In this document: positions 38,500 to 51,455 of the stretch, piece after piece
Position numbering within the stretch: position 1 is the stretch's first letter
How the letters are laid out: each line of letters starts with the position of its first letter
Assembly: GCA_951406725.2 (NCBI GenBank)
Contig: OX597830.1
Location: 59,582,001 to 59,646,000 of the forward strand
Length of the DNA stretch: 64,000 nt
DNA from: Octopus vulgaris
Lineage: Eukaryota
Reading direction: 5' to 3'
Program-made: the position numbers and the translations under genes
Notes under the pieces: generated by a model
Databases searched by the model: none
What the model was told of the DNA's origin: nothing
What the model saw: the letters and a program-made list of their open reading frames with translations, nothing else

Positions 38500-38667
38500 A
38501 CTGCAAACACCACCACCACCACCACCACCACTTCTACTGCTAATACTACTAATACTACAAGAACAACAAACGTTACTATTGTGACTAGTAATATTACTAC
38601 TATTGCCACCACAACTAAAACTTAGTTTCACAGCTAAGATTATCCATGCTGCTGCTACTATTACAAA

Positions 38668-38702
<35 letters not shown>

Positions 38703-38882
38703 TTACTGAATCACTATTTTCTACAGTTGAATGTGCACTGCTACAACAATCAATCACCAGTGTCACCATTATACACACATACACACAGGCACATTATTTC
38801 AACTAACCTAGCAGTATAATACAACACCATAAGAACTACCAACGTTGCTACTATTGCTACTAGTTCCCCTATGCATCTCTTG

Positions 38883-38915
<33 letters not shown>

Positions 38916-39208
38916 TATATATTAAAAATGGGGAGGGCCGGTTTAGGGGATAAGCTAAGGTTTCCTGTCCATAAAGGGTTTAACTTTACGGCATATCGTC
39001 AGATCCCCAAAAACCTGTTGGCCCCCAAGACCTCTTGAAATCATGGAGGGGGCATATGCCTCACTACTAAAAGGTAACTTATTAAGAAATGTATATATAG
39101 TAATACAACCACCCGAGGCTTGAAGCACTACTACTCTACACTATGAGAGTTACCCCCTACAATCAACACTGACTATTATTACTAGTGTCCCCATGGCTAC
39201 ACACACAC

Positions 39209-39256
<48 letters not shown>

Positions 39257-40213
39257 GCACACACACTAATGTATATATGTGTGTAGTAGAGTAGTAGTAA
39301 TAGTAGCCGTGGTAGTGGTGGTGGTGGTGGTAGAAGATATAGCTGTAATAGTCTGGATAGTGTGGAGTAATAGTACTTACGGTCATGGGTTAGTTGTATT
39401 AGTAGATATGCATACCTCTCTCTTTCTCTCTCTCTGCATGTATATGTGTGTGTGTGTGAGTGTGTGTGTGTGTGTGTGCAGGAGAGCGAGGCAGTGAAAC
39501 ACCAGTACAATGACCTCACTCTCACCGCCACCACCACCGGAGTCAGAACTTACTACTGTCTCACAAACACACACAAACATAAACACACACACACACACAC
39601 AGTCCATGAACTGGGTTACCAGCTACAATACCATAGTATTTTTAGTAAACAAGTAGCTTTACAGCAGCAGCTCCGCCACCACCGCCGCCACCACCACCAG
39701 CAATAGCAATCTGTACCACCACCACCACCAGCAATAGCAATCTGTATTTCCACACACACACACACACACATCTCTGCGTACACACACACACATCTAAGAC
39801 GTACAACTAATACACAACGTCAGTGCCTAACACACACACACACACACACACATACACACACACACACATACATGTAACATTTCCAACCGTGTCATAACTT
39901 TTGAATCTTACAGTTCTAGCAGTGTGTGACATAGAAGCAAGAGAAATTGATAGAGAGAGAGAGAGGTGGGGGTGGGGGAAGAAGTGATAAGTAGTCATAA
40001 GAGGAGGAGGAATTGGGGGCAGGGGGTGACGAAGGGGGAGGGGGGGAAAGTGAGACTTGAACATAATCGATAAATTTTCACTTGGTCCCTCATTCCCACA
40101 TTACTCGCAGCCGCACTCACTCCACCTCACATCATCTGCAAAACACCCAATCACACAAGAGTGCTCTTTTAATACCTCTCTCCGTGTGTGTACGTGTGTG
40201 CGCGTTGGCGTCA

Positions 40214-40231
40214 TACATATATACATATATG

Positions 40232-40271
<40 letters not shown>

Positions 40272-40304
40272 AACATTATATATATATACATATATACATA
40301 TATG

Positions 40305-40348
<44 letters not shown>

Positions 40349-40354
40349 CATAAA

Positions 40355-40435
<81 letters not shown>

Positions 40436-40441
40436 CATAAA

Positions 40442-40477
<36 letters not shown>

Positions 40478-40650
40478 TATATATATATATACATATACAT
40501 AAACATCATATATATATATATATATATATACATATCATATATATATATAAATAGTATATATATATATACATACACATCATATATATATATATAAATAGTA
40601 TATATATATATATATATATACACATCATATATGTATGTATATATATATAC
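40214..40650. repeat. Compound (TA)n minisatellite with a CATAAACATCA unit
   Basis: Repeated ACATATACATAAACATCA(TA)n and AAATAG(TA)n blocks; a similar compound array AAA(TC)n(TA)n lies at 60450-60850. Confidence 0.85.
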
Positions 40651-40835
40651 TATTTTTGGACATTTTTGTTGCTAATGAATGTGTAATAAAAGAGGAAGTT
40701 GGAAATTTATTGGTTTTATTTACCATAATACGCGAATACATATAAATGTGTGTATATAAAATACGCGTATGTATGGGCATATATATAATGTATATATATA
40801 CACATATATATAATGTATATATATACATACATATA

Positions 40836-41238
40836 CTCTTTTACTTGTTTCAGTCATTTGACTGCGGCCATGCTGGAGCACCGCCTTTAGTCGAGCAACT
40901 CGACCCCGGGACTTATTCTTTTTGTAAGCCCAGTACTTATTCTATCGGTCTCTTTTTGCCGAACCGCTAGGTGACGGGGACGTAAACACACCAGCATCGG
41001 TTGTCAAGCAATGCTAGGGGAACAAACACAGACACACAAACACACACACATACATACATATATATATACATATATACGACAGGCTTCTTTCAGTTTCCGT
41101 CTACCAAATCCACTCACAAGGGTTTGGTCGGCCCGAGGCTATAGTAGAAGACACTTGCCCAAGATGCCACGCAGTGGACTGAACCCGGAACCATGTGGTT
41201 GGTTAGCAAGCTACTTACCACACAGCCACTCCTGCGCC
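40836..41238 (-). mobile_element. SINE family A, full length, young
   Basis: Complete head to tail, CpGs retained. Confidence 0.9.
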
Positions 41239-41253
41239 TATATATATATATAA

Positions 41254-41287
<34 letters not shown>

Positions 41288-41472
41288 AATGTACACACAC
41301 ATACATATATATGTATGAATATACATATATGTCTATATGTGTGTGTATATGTACATGCGTTAAACTAATACATCTTTTTGTTGTTTACACACCCGTCTGT
41401 CTTGTTTTTTTAAAAAATTCTCACTACTTATGTCTGTGTATATATATATATATGTGTGTGTGTGTGTACATT

Positions 41473-41513
<41 letters not shown>

Positions 41514-41667
41514 ATGTGTGTGTGTAAATATATATGTACATATATATATGTGTGTGTGTATGTACATATATACATATATATATATATGTTTGGATTAACT
41601 ATGTAAATATATATATATGAACATATTTATATATATAAATATACATATGTATATGTACATATATATA

Positions 41668-41702
<35 letters not shown>

Positions 41703-42218
41703 TATTATTATTATTATTTGACTATTCAATCAAATGTAATATTTTTTTTTATTCATGTTTTCAATTTATCTTCCTAGATTCAATAGGCAGAAACTGAGAC
41801 GTATTGTGTGTGTGTGTGTGTTCTTGCTTTAACATTGTGACAGACGTAAACAAGCATCCCTGTTATACAAGTAGTTGGTGTCCATCTTCAGTGAAAACGC
41901 ATTTGGCCAAGTGAGTGACACGAAAAACGTCTAACCGTCGAAAGTCCCTCGCAACAAAGCCCTGTCTAAACCAGGCGAGCATAGACGGTATGATGATGAT
42001 GATGATGATTATGATGATATATACACTAACAAATAGACAGACACATGGTACAGAGATGCTTCTTGTGTCCATGTTGCGATAGCAACCCTTAGGTAGCAAA
42101 AACCAGCTGACACAATCCCATCAAATAAGCATTCAATACATTAGTGCATTGTTTTGCATCCTATGTTTTATGCACATCGACTCATATATCTTACATTTTG
42201 ATATTTCTATCTATCAAA

Positions 42219-42436
42219 AAGGCAGTGGGCTGGCAGAATGGTTAGATTGCTGGGAAAAAGATTCAGCAGCATTTTTGTCCGTCTTTATGCTCTGAGTTCA
42301 AATTCTGTCAAGATCAACTTTGCCTTTCATCCTGTTGGGCTCAATAAAATAAGTACCATTTGAGTACTGGGGGTCAATGTAATCAACTTACCCTGTTCAC
42401 CAAAATTGCTAACCTTGGGCCAAAATTTGAAATCAA
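42219..42436 (+). mobile_element. SINE family C
   Basis: Head plus GCCTTTCATCC...ATAAAATAAGTACCA core. Confidence 0.8.
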
Positions 42437-42474
42437 TACTCTCCTCTATTAAAATGTATGCATATGTGCATATA

Positions 42475-42509
<35 letters not shown>

Positions 42510-42518
42510 TTAAGAGGG

Positions 42519-43197
42519 TGGAGTTAAATGCAGGTGTTATTCAAATCTTTTTACTTCCAACATATGTTTCGAAGAAAACATTGGTTTTAATCCAGAAGGC
42601 ATAAAATAATGTAAAACAATGCAATCTTCTCATTAGAGAAAGAAACCAAACACATCAATAAGCCATTTTAACAGAATGTGATGACTGTGTATATGATGAA
42701 GGGAATACCAGCAAGTTTTTTTTTTTTTTAACTGTAAATAGATATATTGTCAAAGGTAGTTTTTAGAAAGAGGAGGAGAAAGAAAGAAATCAGCAGAAAA
42801 CTAAGAGTGGAAAGATAAAGAGCGACAGGTGAATAGGAATAAAGCTTAAAGTCTTGGAAGTAGATATATTTAGTAGAAGGGAAATGCAAGAAGACAGTCA
42901 AAGGTCGAATTTTATAGACTGGTAGAAATCACTTATAGGAACTAAAGGTATGTTTCTGCTAATGTTTGCAATGATAAACGTGTTCTATAAACATGTCTAC
43001 TAGAGGATTCTCTGAGTATAGGATGAAATACATTTCATCGATACAAAGCAGACAAAAAGATTTACCTTTATCATACAGAAATGATATAGATAGAACATTT
43101 CATTCCAAATCAAATTCCTTCTGGAATAATGTCAAGGTTTTCTTCGAAACATATATCAGAAGTAAAACGATTTGAGTAACACTTACATTTAACTCCA
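42519..43197. mobile_element. Element with about 80-bp terminal inverted repeats, probably a Penelope-like remnant
   Basis: 42519-42600 is an imperfect reverse complement of 43116-43197; the repeats carry a hammerhead-like motif (CGAAACATATGT). Confidence 0.6.
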
Positions 43198-44107
43198 TTT
43201 ATTTATGTTACACAAAGACATTTCATCAAACCCTGGCATTTCTACCTTTATAAGTAGGCTGTTACATCCTTGGTAATTGTGTACCTACATTCTCAGCACA
43301 ACACCATCACAACTGTTATTTATGCCCATTGCCATAAACCAATTACATCTCCCCAACCATCACATCTGTTACTTTGATCTTGCAATTGTCTGCATTGAAA
43401 TTAGTAGCAATAAATTAGTAGTAGTGGTATAGCTAATGGTAATTAGGTAGTGGTGCTGGGAAAGAGAATTACAAGTTCAACTGTAGGATCACCAATTTGA
43501 TATAGTAGATCTTCTATCATTCAGTTTTTTATAAAACTCTGCTTACTAACAACTGAGAACTTTCCTAAAAGAAACAACCAAACAGATATCAATGAAAAAA
43601 TTATTATGCATGAGCAGAAGACTTTACACTTCAATAAGGAATCTACTTGATTTAACATTTAAACATTTAAACCAGCTGCATCAAGCCCAAAGTATCTACC
43701 TGTTATAGGTTCAAAAGGGCCAGCTCTGTCCTCTACATACCTACTGCAAACTGCTGACTTCCACTACATCACACAGGGTATCTCCTACAATGTGAACTAT
43801 GGTTCTTTGATCTAAGGGCTAGCTGTTGCTATAGCAATGGTCCGCACTGATAAAATGTAATTTCTCATAATATCAGTTGTAATTCTCAGGTCACAAATGC
43901 AAATAAGCATTTTATTTTTGATGCTGTTTCTGAAGTACAGCCATGAAAGAGATGGCCATCAAGGAATTTACAAAACCATGTCTGCATGCCACACACACAA
44001 ACACACATATATATATATATTCGTCATTAACATGATTTTATCCTTATATTCTATATACATATTACAGAGATGTACTTGCACAGCAAGTGACTTGATCTGA
44101 AACAAAA

Positions 44108-44351
44108 ACAATTGCAGCGTGGACAGTGTTTATAAGCCATTTAAAAACACAAAATCCTTTAGATTAACTTCAACATTTAAATTCAATTTGTCAAAATATT
44201 TTCGTCACTTTGAAACCACGACAGGTTCACTGAAAAAATTCTGTGCTGCATCAAAGCAACGAAAATATTTTGACAAATTTAAATGTTGAAGTGAATCTAA
44301 CGGTTTTTGTGTTTTTAAATGGCTTGTAAACACTTTCCGCGCTGCAATTGT
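44108..44351. repeat. Inverted repeat with about 100-bp arms
   Basis: ACAATTGCAGCG...AAGCCATTTAAAAACACAAAA...GTCAAAATATTTTCGT and its reverse complement, with a short spacer. Confidence 0.85.
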
Positions 44352-44359
44352 GTGTGTGT

Positions 44360-44737
44360 AGTGGCTGTGTGGTAAGTAGCTTGTTTACCAACCACATGGT
44401 TCCGGGTTCAGTCCCACTGCATGGCACCTTGGGCAAGTGTCTTCTACTATAGCCTCGGGCCGACCAAACCCTTGTGAGTGGATTTGGTAGACGGAAACTG
44501 AAAGAAGCCCGTCATATATATGTATATATATATATGCGTGTGTGTGTTTGTCTCCCTAACATCACTTGACAACCGATGCTGGTGTGTTTATGTCCCCGTT
44601 ACTTAGCGGTTCGGCAAAAGAGACCGATAGAATAAGTACTGGGCTTATAAAAGAATAAGTCCCGGGGTCGAGTTGCTCGATTAAAGGCGGTGCTCCAGCA
44701 TGGCCGCAGTCAAATGACTGAAACAAGTAAAAGAGAG
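44360..44737 (+). mobile_element. SINE family A, young
   Basis: Near-identical to the reverse complement of 40836-41238; older copies at 46700-47040 (+), 48030-48365 (-), 54876-55035 (+) and 32030-32185 (-). Confidence 0.9.
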
Positions 44738-45932
44738 TATGTATATATAATCATCATTAAGATTTATCGTCCGGTTGCTATGGTGACATGAGTTGGAATG
44801 TTTCACAGGAACTGGTATGGTTAGGGGGCGACACCAGGTCATAGTCTGTTTTGAACTGGTTTCTACAACTGGATGCCCTTCCTAATGCCAGCCACTCCTA
44901 CATGGCACCAGCATCCACATCGATGCTTTTTACCAGGCACCTTCAATTTACGATCTCAACTCTGTTGTGGTAGGTGGGTTTTGTTGAGTGCAGAAATATG
45001 CCACATGTCTCAGTTCTCTCTCATAAATATATATGTATATGTGCTTGTATGTTTGTTTCTGGGGTTTTTTTTCCCCCTCTTAGCTTTAGAACAGGCATGG
45101 ACAGCCATTTTTTTTTTTTATGAGAAGTGATAAGCAACAAGATAATATGGCTTATTATAAGGCAAGCTGCAACAGCTAAAAAACGCCCACGGTCATTTTT
45201 TTGTTGGTGTGCCAGTCAGAAAATCCTGCGGGGCCACCTTGCCCACAACTGCTTTTACAACTTGTTCCCTAAGGTAGATATCAATAACAGAACACTACTA
45301 CTTGCATATTTTCACTGTTCTGTTTATAGATTCAATTTGCATAATACATGTTAGATGGTCTTTTTCTTAACCAGAAACCCACCTGTTCAAGATTACTGTT
45401 TAAACGGTTACTTAGCAACCTAAGAAGTTGTATCCTATGGTTATGGATTCAAATGTGAATTTCTGAGTACTGGATATACTCTAAGTTTTGAAGTGGCTTC
45501 TCATAAATGTTCTTTTTCTCATTGATTCTTACTGAAATATTCACACACAAATATTTATACATATGCATGTAGCCACATAGAAAGAAAGAAACACAAACAC
45601 ACATACATGAATAATCTCACAGAAAATACCATCCAATGGTCCTGTACTAGTTCTCTCACTACAACCAGTCTCTCTGGCCAAATCTTCTAAACCCTGACTG
45701 GAGCCTTACTTCACCCCTTTCTTACTCTCTTCTCTACTACTAACTGTACTCCCTAGACATCATCTTCTATAGAGCCTCCAATTTTATTAGCTACCCACAC
45801 ACACACACACACTTTCATTTATACCCTTTCATTTATACCAAGCCCCTAAACTAACAAAAACAACTGACTTGGGAACCAGAGACCCTTCCACACCTTCACC
45901 AGTATGACAGGTGGCAATATACATAAATATAT

Positions 45933-46016
<84 letters not shown>

Positions 46017-46851
46017 GAGTGTACAGTGCTTGAGTACCAAAAGTGAGTGAGGTGTGTGTGTGTGTGTGTGGTTAGTTATATTGGTAACAAAATATACATA
46101 TTCACACCTCATACCCACTGACCATCCCACCCTGGGTATTGTTCTCATTTCTTCTCACACATCCAGCTCACCTCAACCTCTATAAATGTTTCTTTACACA
46201 ACACTAATTTATATCATTTGGTGAATTTTAATGACACCAGTCACAACTTCCTAAACAACAACAAGAACAACAACAAGCATAGGCCAATGAAGAAGTTTGT
46301 ATGTGGTCACTGAATCTGCTAGAAATAGCAGCAAACTTTAAAAAAACAGGAAGGACATACTGAATGCTGTAGCCCAAGATAAACTGTGACTGAAATGTCA
46401 TTGACCATAGATCTGCTTGATGAAAGCTAACCTGGGGCTAAATACAAAAAAACTCTTTATGTGGTCAAATGTCTTGCTAGAAATAGCAATAAAATATCCC
46501 TAAAATCTGCTATCTTAAAAAAAAAAACAACAGAAAAGACACAGTAGATAGTGTAGTCCAAGATTATTTATTGATGGTCATGGCTGGTATGCCTTTGATC
46601 ATATGTTTGCTCAGACAAGATCGACCTAGAAAGAATAAATTCTCAACTACCAAGAATTACCTCCTTTAGAATCACTTAAAAAATCTCCACAACTGCAGAC
46701 ACAGGTATGGCTGTCTGGTAAGACGTTTCCTTCCTAAACACATGGTTCTGAGTTCAGTCCCACTGCGTGGCACCTTGGGCATGTATCTTCTACTATAGCC
46801 CACAAAAGCCTTGTAAGTGAATTTGGTAGACAGAAAGTGAAAGGAGCCCAT

Positions 46852-46884
<33 letters not shown>

Positions 46885-47819
46885 TTGTTTATGTCCTTGT
46901 AACTTAGCAGTTCAGCCAAAGGCAACAAACGAATAAGCACTAGGCTTTAGAAAAACGAGTCCTGGGATTGGTTCCTTCAACTAAAAATTCAAGTCAGTGC
47001 TCCAGTATGGTCGCAGTCTAATGATTGAAATCAGTAAAGGATAAAACTGCACTTCGGCCACTAGCAGCAGCAGCACCACCACTGCACAACTACCACCACC
47101 ACCACCACTGCACAACTACCTACACATATACTAAAATGTAAAACCCGTGCCAAACAATGCGATATGTTCTGATATAGCAATGCTGGCAGTTGTTTAAGTC
47201 CAGTTGGAAGCCTGCCATGCTTCACCACTACACCTCACCCCTTCGCACACTGCATTCTTTTATAAAGCCATACCCCACTGCCTTTACTGAATATCGCTCC
47301 ACCCTACTCTTCCGGCTCTGCCCGGACTACTTCATACAACCGTATCACTCGACTCCACCACACACATTGCTCAGTAACCCACTACCATACACTACAATGT
47401 CCTGACCGCACGGGCATAAAACCATGACACACCACACTGTTGTGTAACAGTACACAACCACACTGACACCTCACACTGGGGCAGGACACTTTCCTACCCC
47501 CCACCCCCACCCATGGCTGCATTACATCACTCTGGCTTACATTTCACTAAACCTAAACAACACAACCTATTCTACTCAAAATGACCATTCACTGCAGCAT
47601 AAAATACTGTGGTGTGTATATAATCTTAGACTGCGATGTGTATATAGAGAGGTACACAACAAAGTGTGTGTGTGTGCGTGTACACACTTTAAGTTCGTTT
47701 ATGGGGAATGTTTTGAATATGCATATAAAAGCCCCCTGTTATTTTATGTTGGCTATAGCCTAATGATGCCAAATGACGATACCAGTTTTTTAGGGTTGCA
47801 CTGAGCTGTGCCGATATAA

Positions 47820-48030
47820 TCTCTCTATATATAAACGGCAAAATGTCTGTGTGTGTGTCCTTTATACAAATCCACAATTTTTCAGTTAGAGGGCTCACAC
47901 TTTCTATGGTCATTCAAAACCGTCCAAGGGTGGTCATGCACATCTTTACATTTCCCCAGTCACCCCGCAAAGCCATTAAAAAATCAATAGAAGTGACTTT
48001 TTTCTGAATTTTCTATCCAAAACCCAATCC
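47820..48030 (+). mobile_element. Helitron 5'-terminal fragment
   Basis: A|TCTCTCTATATATAAACGGCAAAATGTCTGTGTGTGTGTCC resembles animal Helitron 5' ends; truncated at a SINE. Confidence 0.5.
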
Positions 48031-48367
48031 CATGCTGGGGCACCACCTTTAGTCGAGCAATTCGACCCCAGGACTTATTCTTTGTAAGCCTAGTACTTAT
48101 TCTATCAGTTCTTTTGCCAAACTGCTAAGTTAGGGGGATGCAAACACACCAACATCAGTTGTCAAGCAATGGTGGGGGGAACAAATACACACACACACAC
48201 ATGATGGACTTCTTTCAGTTTGCACCTACCAAATCCACTCGCAATTCTTTGGTCAGCCTCAGGCTATGGTAGTAGAAGAAACTTGCCCAAGGTGCCACAC
48301 AATAGGACAATCCGGGACCACGTGGTTGGGAAACAAGCTTCTTACCACACAGCCATGCCTGTGCCTT

Positions 48368-48408
<41 letters not shown>

Positions 48409-48444
48409 CGTGTGTGCATACATATATATATATATATATATGTG

Positions 48445-48479
<35 letters not shown>

Positions 48480-48480
<1 letters not shown>

Positions 48481-48815
48481 AAGGTGCATGGCTCAGTGGT
48501 TAGAGCATCGACCTTACGATCGTGAGGCTGTGAGTTCGAATCCCTGACCGGGCTGTGTGTTGTGTTCTTGAGCAAGCCACTTTATTTCCCGTTGCTCCAG
48601 TTCACTCAGCTGTAGAAACGAGTTGTGACATCACTGGTGCCAAACTGTATCGGCCCCTTTGCCTTTTCTTTGGATAACATTGGTGGCGCAGAGAGGGGAG
48701 GCTGGTATGCATGGGCGACTGCTGGCCTCCCATAAACAACCTTGCCCAGACTTTTGCCTGGGAGGGTAACTTTCTAGGTGCAATCCCATGGTCAGTCATG
48801 ACTGAAAGGGGTCTC
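48480..48815 (+). mobile_element. tRNA-derived SINE, family B, full length
   Basis: A box TGGCTCAGTGG, B box GAGTTCGAATCC, then GTGTTCTTGAGCAAG...CACTCAGCTGTAGAAA body. Confidence 0.85.
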
Positions 48816-48816
48816 A

Positions 48817-48899
<83 letters not shown>

Positions 48900-49577
48900 T
48901 CATTTATCCATAAATCAATTCTGATCAAGCACAGCTATGGTTACATGTATTCCAACTTTGGTCAACCCCTACTTTTTTTCTAGGCATGGCATAACTAGGG
49001 CTACATATGTAATGTGTCCTTTTTTTCCCTCCATTTTTCAAATAGTAAGGGGTGGTACAGAAATTTGGCTGCTATTTCTAGCAGATTGAGTAAAGTTGAA
49101 GCTAACTTTTTCATTCACAAATAAAAAGGCTGTGCATATATGTATGCATATGCATGCATAACCATATATATATATATATATGTGTGTATATATACACACA
49201 TACATATATACACATAAGTCTACGTTGATTAACATATGTATTGGTAAAAGGTTATAATGTACACAGACTAATAGTAAATGTGATATGTATATAGTAATAA
49301 ATCCTGTGTATAGTATGAGAGAGAGAGAGAGAGAGCATGGTATCGTATATATTTATAGAGATGTGATATACAGTTTACCAGAAATGGAAGAGCAACGGAT
49401 AATTGCCATATATAAATAGTATTTAGTTTCATTCATTTACATTCCTGGTTCAAATCTCTGCAACAGTTTACTTTTCATTTCCTGGTCATCCATTCTGTGG
49501 GGTTTTGATTTAATATTAGTAACATACTAATTGATTACACTATTTCCTCTGCAAAAGTTTGCATGGCCTCCAGGTTA

Positions 49578-49627
<50 letters not shown>

Positions 49628-49744
49628 GCAGGGGTGGTAGTGTCGGTGACTAGTAAGTAAATATATTTAAATCTGAATATCAGTTCCTTACATGTGTGTT
49701 TGCTATGTAGGTTGAGATTCACACTCTACATAACATGCATGCAT

Positions 49745-49798
<54 letters not shown>

Positions 49799-51422
49799 AC
49801 GCACACACACACACACACACACAGCTGTGAAGCTTTATAAGAGACTCAGGGGCTTCTGTTATTGCACAAGAATGTAAACATATATTTGTATATTTTGAAG
49901 ACAGAGCTCCAGTATGGCCAGCATTATGATGGCTGAAACAAAAGCAGAACAACAGATGCAAACACAAGCACATATACATACATATACACACGTCAATACA
50001 CATTTAGATACCAAAAACTGAAACGTACAAACAAGCTGTCTTCTCCTGATCTATCTCAAAGGTCAGTAACTCCAAATAACTTAAGCCATAATGTAAAATT
50101 ATTATACACACAAACATACATGCATGCACCCACATATATACATACATACATGCACATTTATATATATATATATATATTTCTGAGAAGCCACTTCTAAGTG
50201 CAGTGTACAATGGAAAATACTAGAAGTGGGAGAAATGAAAACCATACAAAAGTGGTTGTCAAAACTGTAATTCATGCACTGCTGAAAAAAGATTAATATT
50301 GAAATACTCAAAGGAATCAGATGTTTACCATAATTCATAGTTGAAACAAAAAAAATCCAGAAAATGCAGTCATAAATAAAATAAAATATGTCCTTGGGAA
50401 TCAGACCTTGGAAAACTGGGAATCACACCTTGGAACCAGCACAACAACAGATTCGAGAATGTTAACTGCACTTAAACCTCTATCTTCTGGTTTTACTCAT
50501 TAACATTTGTTCTCCACCTTGCACTCCAGATTATAGATGCTCTATAATCTATAATCTATACCACTAGCCACCCTTATATCTATCTGTCTGTCTGTTGTGA
50601 AGGTGCATGGCCTAGTTGTTAGGATATTGCACTCACAATTAGGAGATTGTGGTTTCGATTCCCAGACCAGCTGTGCATTGAGTTCTTGAGCAAAACACTT
50701 CATTTCATGTTGCTCTGTCCACTCACCTGTACATGGATAACCTTGTGACAGATTGGCATACAAGGGTGAGATGGTGACTCAGGAAAATAGTTTGAATGGA
50801 GATCTTACAAGCCACATTTTGTATTCAGCAATCAAAAGGATGAACAGTACAATTTGTACTGTGAATCCTGATTGGTTGGGGTTGGTTGTTCAACAACATC
50901 ATAAGTTGATCGATGATCTGCCTGACTGCCTGTCTATCTCTCACTCTCTCTCTATCAATCTATTCATATTTTTATATCTGTTCATCAACCAAGCTATCTA
51001 TCCATCTATCTAACTTTCCTCATCTCCCTACTCTTTCCTTTTCCTTATTACGTTTTTTTTCCTCTTCTTTTTTCTCATTCTTTTCTTTCCATCTTCCATT
51101 CTAATTTCCAAACTAGTCACAATTCCTACCAAAAGAAGGGAGATAAACCCTTAGGTAAAAATCTAGGTTATTCCCTTCCCCTTTCCCTCCAACTCTATTT
51201 TCACCATCATACCCAGATTACTCTAATCTTTATAATAATAATTTCTGCTTTTATCTACACTGAAAGAAGACTCTCTCATGAGATCTAGGACAGCCTGCTC
51301 TAGATAATTATCTTACTATGACATACCACACAAAGCAATTTGTATCCTAACGGTTGATGGTATTACGTGATTAAGCTCTACCAAACCAGTATTGAGTACT
51401 CTAGTTACAAATGCATTTGGGC

Positions 51423-51455
<33 letters not shown>

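Noticed and set aside
39700-40200. SMAD-binding-element feedback cluster at the candidate promoter
   Set aside because: Only isolated 4-mers (AGAC/GTCT) as expected by chance; no clear palindromic SBE seen.
47190-47580. C/A-rich complex-looking region with a 71-aa ORF
   Set aside because: Appears to be a decayed pentamer satellite (CACAC/CTACA-like); no splice or protein evidence.
48480-48555. tRNA gene
   Set aside because: A/B boxes are followed directly by a SINE body without an oligo-T terminator, and degenerate copies recur; it is a SINE head.
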